Source: a virus
Taxonomy: Duplodnaviria; Heunggongvirae; Uroviricota; Caudoviricetes
Strand: one strand, 5' to 3'
IMG/VR virus record: IMGVR_UViG_2545824742_000009
Length of the DNA: 15,755 nucleotides
Under the pieces are notes generated by a model. That model saw only the letters and a list, made by a program, of their open reading frames with translations. It was not told where the DNA came from and did not search any database. A program made the translations under genes and the position numbers. Shown one piece after another: positions 14,532-15,755 of this stretch (position 1 is its first letter; the number at the start of each line of letters is the position of its first letter).

Positions 14532-15755
14532 TCAGTTGAGGTCTAAGCTAGCACAAGTAACGATCGATTCAACCCTATCCCACCACGCCTGGTAGGCTTT
14601 ACGCTGTTCTTCTAGATAATCGCTCTTGTCATAAACCTGCCAAACCCCTGGCAGTTTATGGCCGAGCATTATTTCTGCAATATGAGGAGCAGTAAGATCA
14701 GAAAAATTTGTTCGTGCTGTTCGCCTCAAATCATGAAGAGACCAATGAGGGAATTGATACCCCAAACGCCGCCATGCGTACTGCATTAAATTGTAAGGCA
14801 GCGACTGCAATGATGTTCGACCAACGGGTTCCCTGCTTCCTTCCTTAGTAAAAAGCATATCGGAACCATTGTTCATAGAGATAGCGTTCTTTATAAGCTC
14901 TTCCACCGGTTCAATAATGGGCCGCTTTAGCGGTTCGCCCGTTATCTCCCCAGTCTTATGTCGTTCAGGTGGTACAGTCCATACCTTATTAATGAAATCA
15001 AAATCGTCCACCCTAGCAGTAATTAGCTCTGAACTACGACAGCCAAAATGCAGCAATAGCTTAATGAAGGCCCGGTATTTAGGAACCATTCGAGAACCAT
15101 CGATCGCAGCATAAAGGATTTTAATTTCATCATGTGTCAGAAACCGTTTCTTCTGACCTTTACGGATATCCATATCTTTACCCGTGATATCCGACAGCGG
15201 GCGAGTTTCAATGAGCTTTCTCTTATACGCCCAGACATGGGCCTGCTTTGCGTTAATTAGCAATCGGTCTGCTATTGCTGGAGTCTTAGTGCTAAGAGGC
15301 TCCAGGACTTCTAACCAATCATGCAATGTAGCTGCATCGTGAGGGATATTCCCGATTTTAGAAAACAGGTGCAGCTCAAACGAGCGGAGTATCTGTTCAG
15401 AACCTTTTTTATTTTTTACACAATATGCTTCATACCAGGCACGGATCACAGACTCTACCGTCATGGCCTCAGTAGCTTTTCGTTTTTCAGCCTGCTTGAC
15501 CAATCGTGGATTACGGTTTGACTCAAGTTCACCACGGAGACGGATAACTTCTTCTCTGGCCTCTTTTAATCCAGTTGCCGGGTAAGTTCCGATATCAAGA
15601 CGCTCACCTTTCCCTGCCCATTGATAACGATATTGGAACACTACGCGACCTTTCGGTGATACTCTGACAGACAGACCATCACGATCGGATTTAACCAAAA
15701 CCTTATCACGTTCCTTTCCAACGACTGAACGCAACCACGCATCAGACAGCGCCAT
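14532..15755 (-). CDS. int: Phage tyrosine integrase (N-terminal DUF4102-type arm-binding domain plus catalytic domain)
   Basis: 407 aa. HxxR box (WSLHDLRRTART) and a C-terminal Tyr region (VWQVYDKSDY). N-terminus DGLSVRVSPKGRVVFQYRYQWAGKGERLDIGTYP is typical of P4-family integrases. Start codon is the last three bases of the window. Confidence 0.9.
   Translation of the reverse strand: MALSDAWLRSVVGKERDKVLVKSDRDGLSVRVSPKGRVVFQYRYQWAGKGERLDIGTYPATGLKEAREEVIRLRGELESNRNPRLVKQAEKRKATEAMTVESVIRAWYEAYCVKNKKGSEQILRSFELHLFSKIGNIPHDAATLHDWLEVLEPLSTKTPAIADRLLINAKQAHVWAYKRKLIETRPLSDITGKDMDIRKGQKKRFLTHDEIKILYAAIDGSRMVPKYRAFIKLLLHFGCRSSELITARVDDFDFINKVWTVPPERHKTGEITGEPLKRPIIEPVEELIKNAISMNNGSDMLFTKEGSREPVGRTSLQSLPYNLMQYAWRRLGYQFPHWSLHDLRRTARTNFSDLTAPHIAEIMLGHKLPGVWQVYDKSDYLEEQRKAYQAWWDRVESIVTCASLDLN

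Noticed and set aside
14869-15521. Plus-strand ORFs (81 and 66 aa) inside the integrase gene
   Set aside because: Antisense to the integrase, which has clear catalytic motifs. No SD.
1-15755. Search for CRISPR arrays, tRNA/rRNA genes, IS elements and att core repeats
   Set aside because: No regularly spaced direct repeats with spacers, no tRNA-like cloverleaf candidates and no transposase-like ORFs or terminal inverted repeats were seen by eye. The integrase start abuts the window edge, so the att site and any target tRNA probably lie outside the window. A tRNA or att search on extended sequence would be needed.

Overview
The window reads as the immunity, early and integration region of a mosaic lambdoid enterobacterial prophage, with gene content resembling the E. 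coli cryptic prophages CPS-53, Rac and Qin. All calls are from reading the sequence and ORF translations by eye; no database search, HMM or folding program was run. A divergent CI/Cro-like switch sits at about 8.05-9.02 kb. The leftward (minus-strand) operon runs Cro-like, YdaT-like, a replication initiator with internal iterons, Dam-like methyltransferase, LexA-DBD-like protein, RusA, KilA-N protein, DUF968 protein and a Q-like antiterminator, then a late-promoter/terminator unit and an AT-rich lipoprotein moron flanked by two copies of the same terminator. The rightward (plus-strand) operon starts at a repressor-controlled promoter just after cI and encodes YfdP-, YfdQ- and YfdR-like (HD domain) proteins, a PAPS-reductase-family PP-loop enzyme, three small proteins and an excisionase/AlpA-like protein. 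It converges on a tyrosine integrase whose start codon is the last three bases of the window, so the att site is probably just beyond the right edge. The best candidate for an undescribed system is a 271-aa, strongly AT-rich orphan gene (13562-14377, minus) in the variable slot between integrase and excisionase; I could not assign it to any family. The HD/PAPS-reductase-like/small-membrane-protein block is the second candidate. No rRNA, tRNA, CRISPR array or IS element was recognised.
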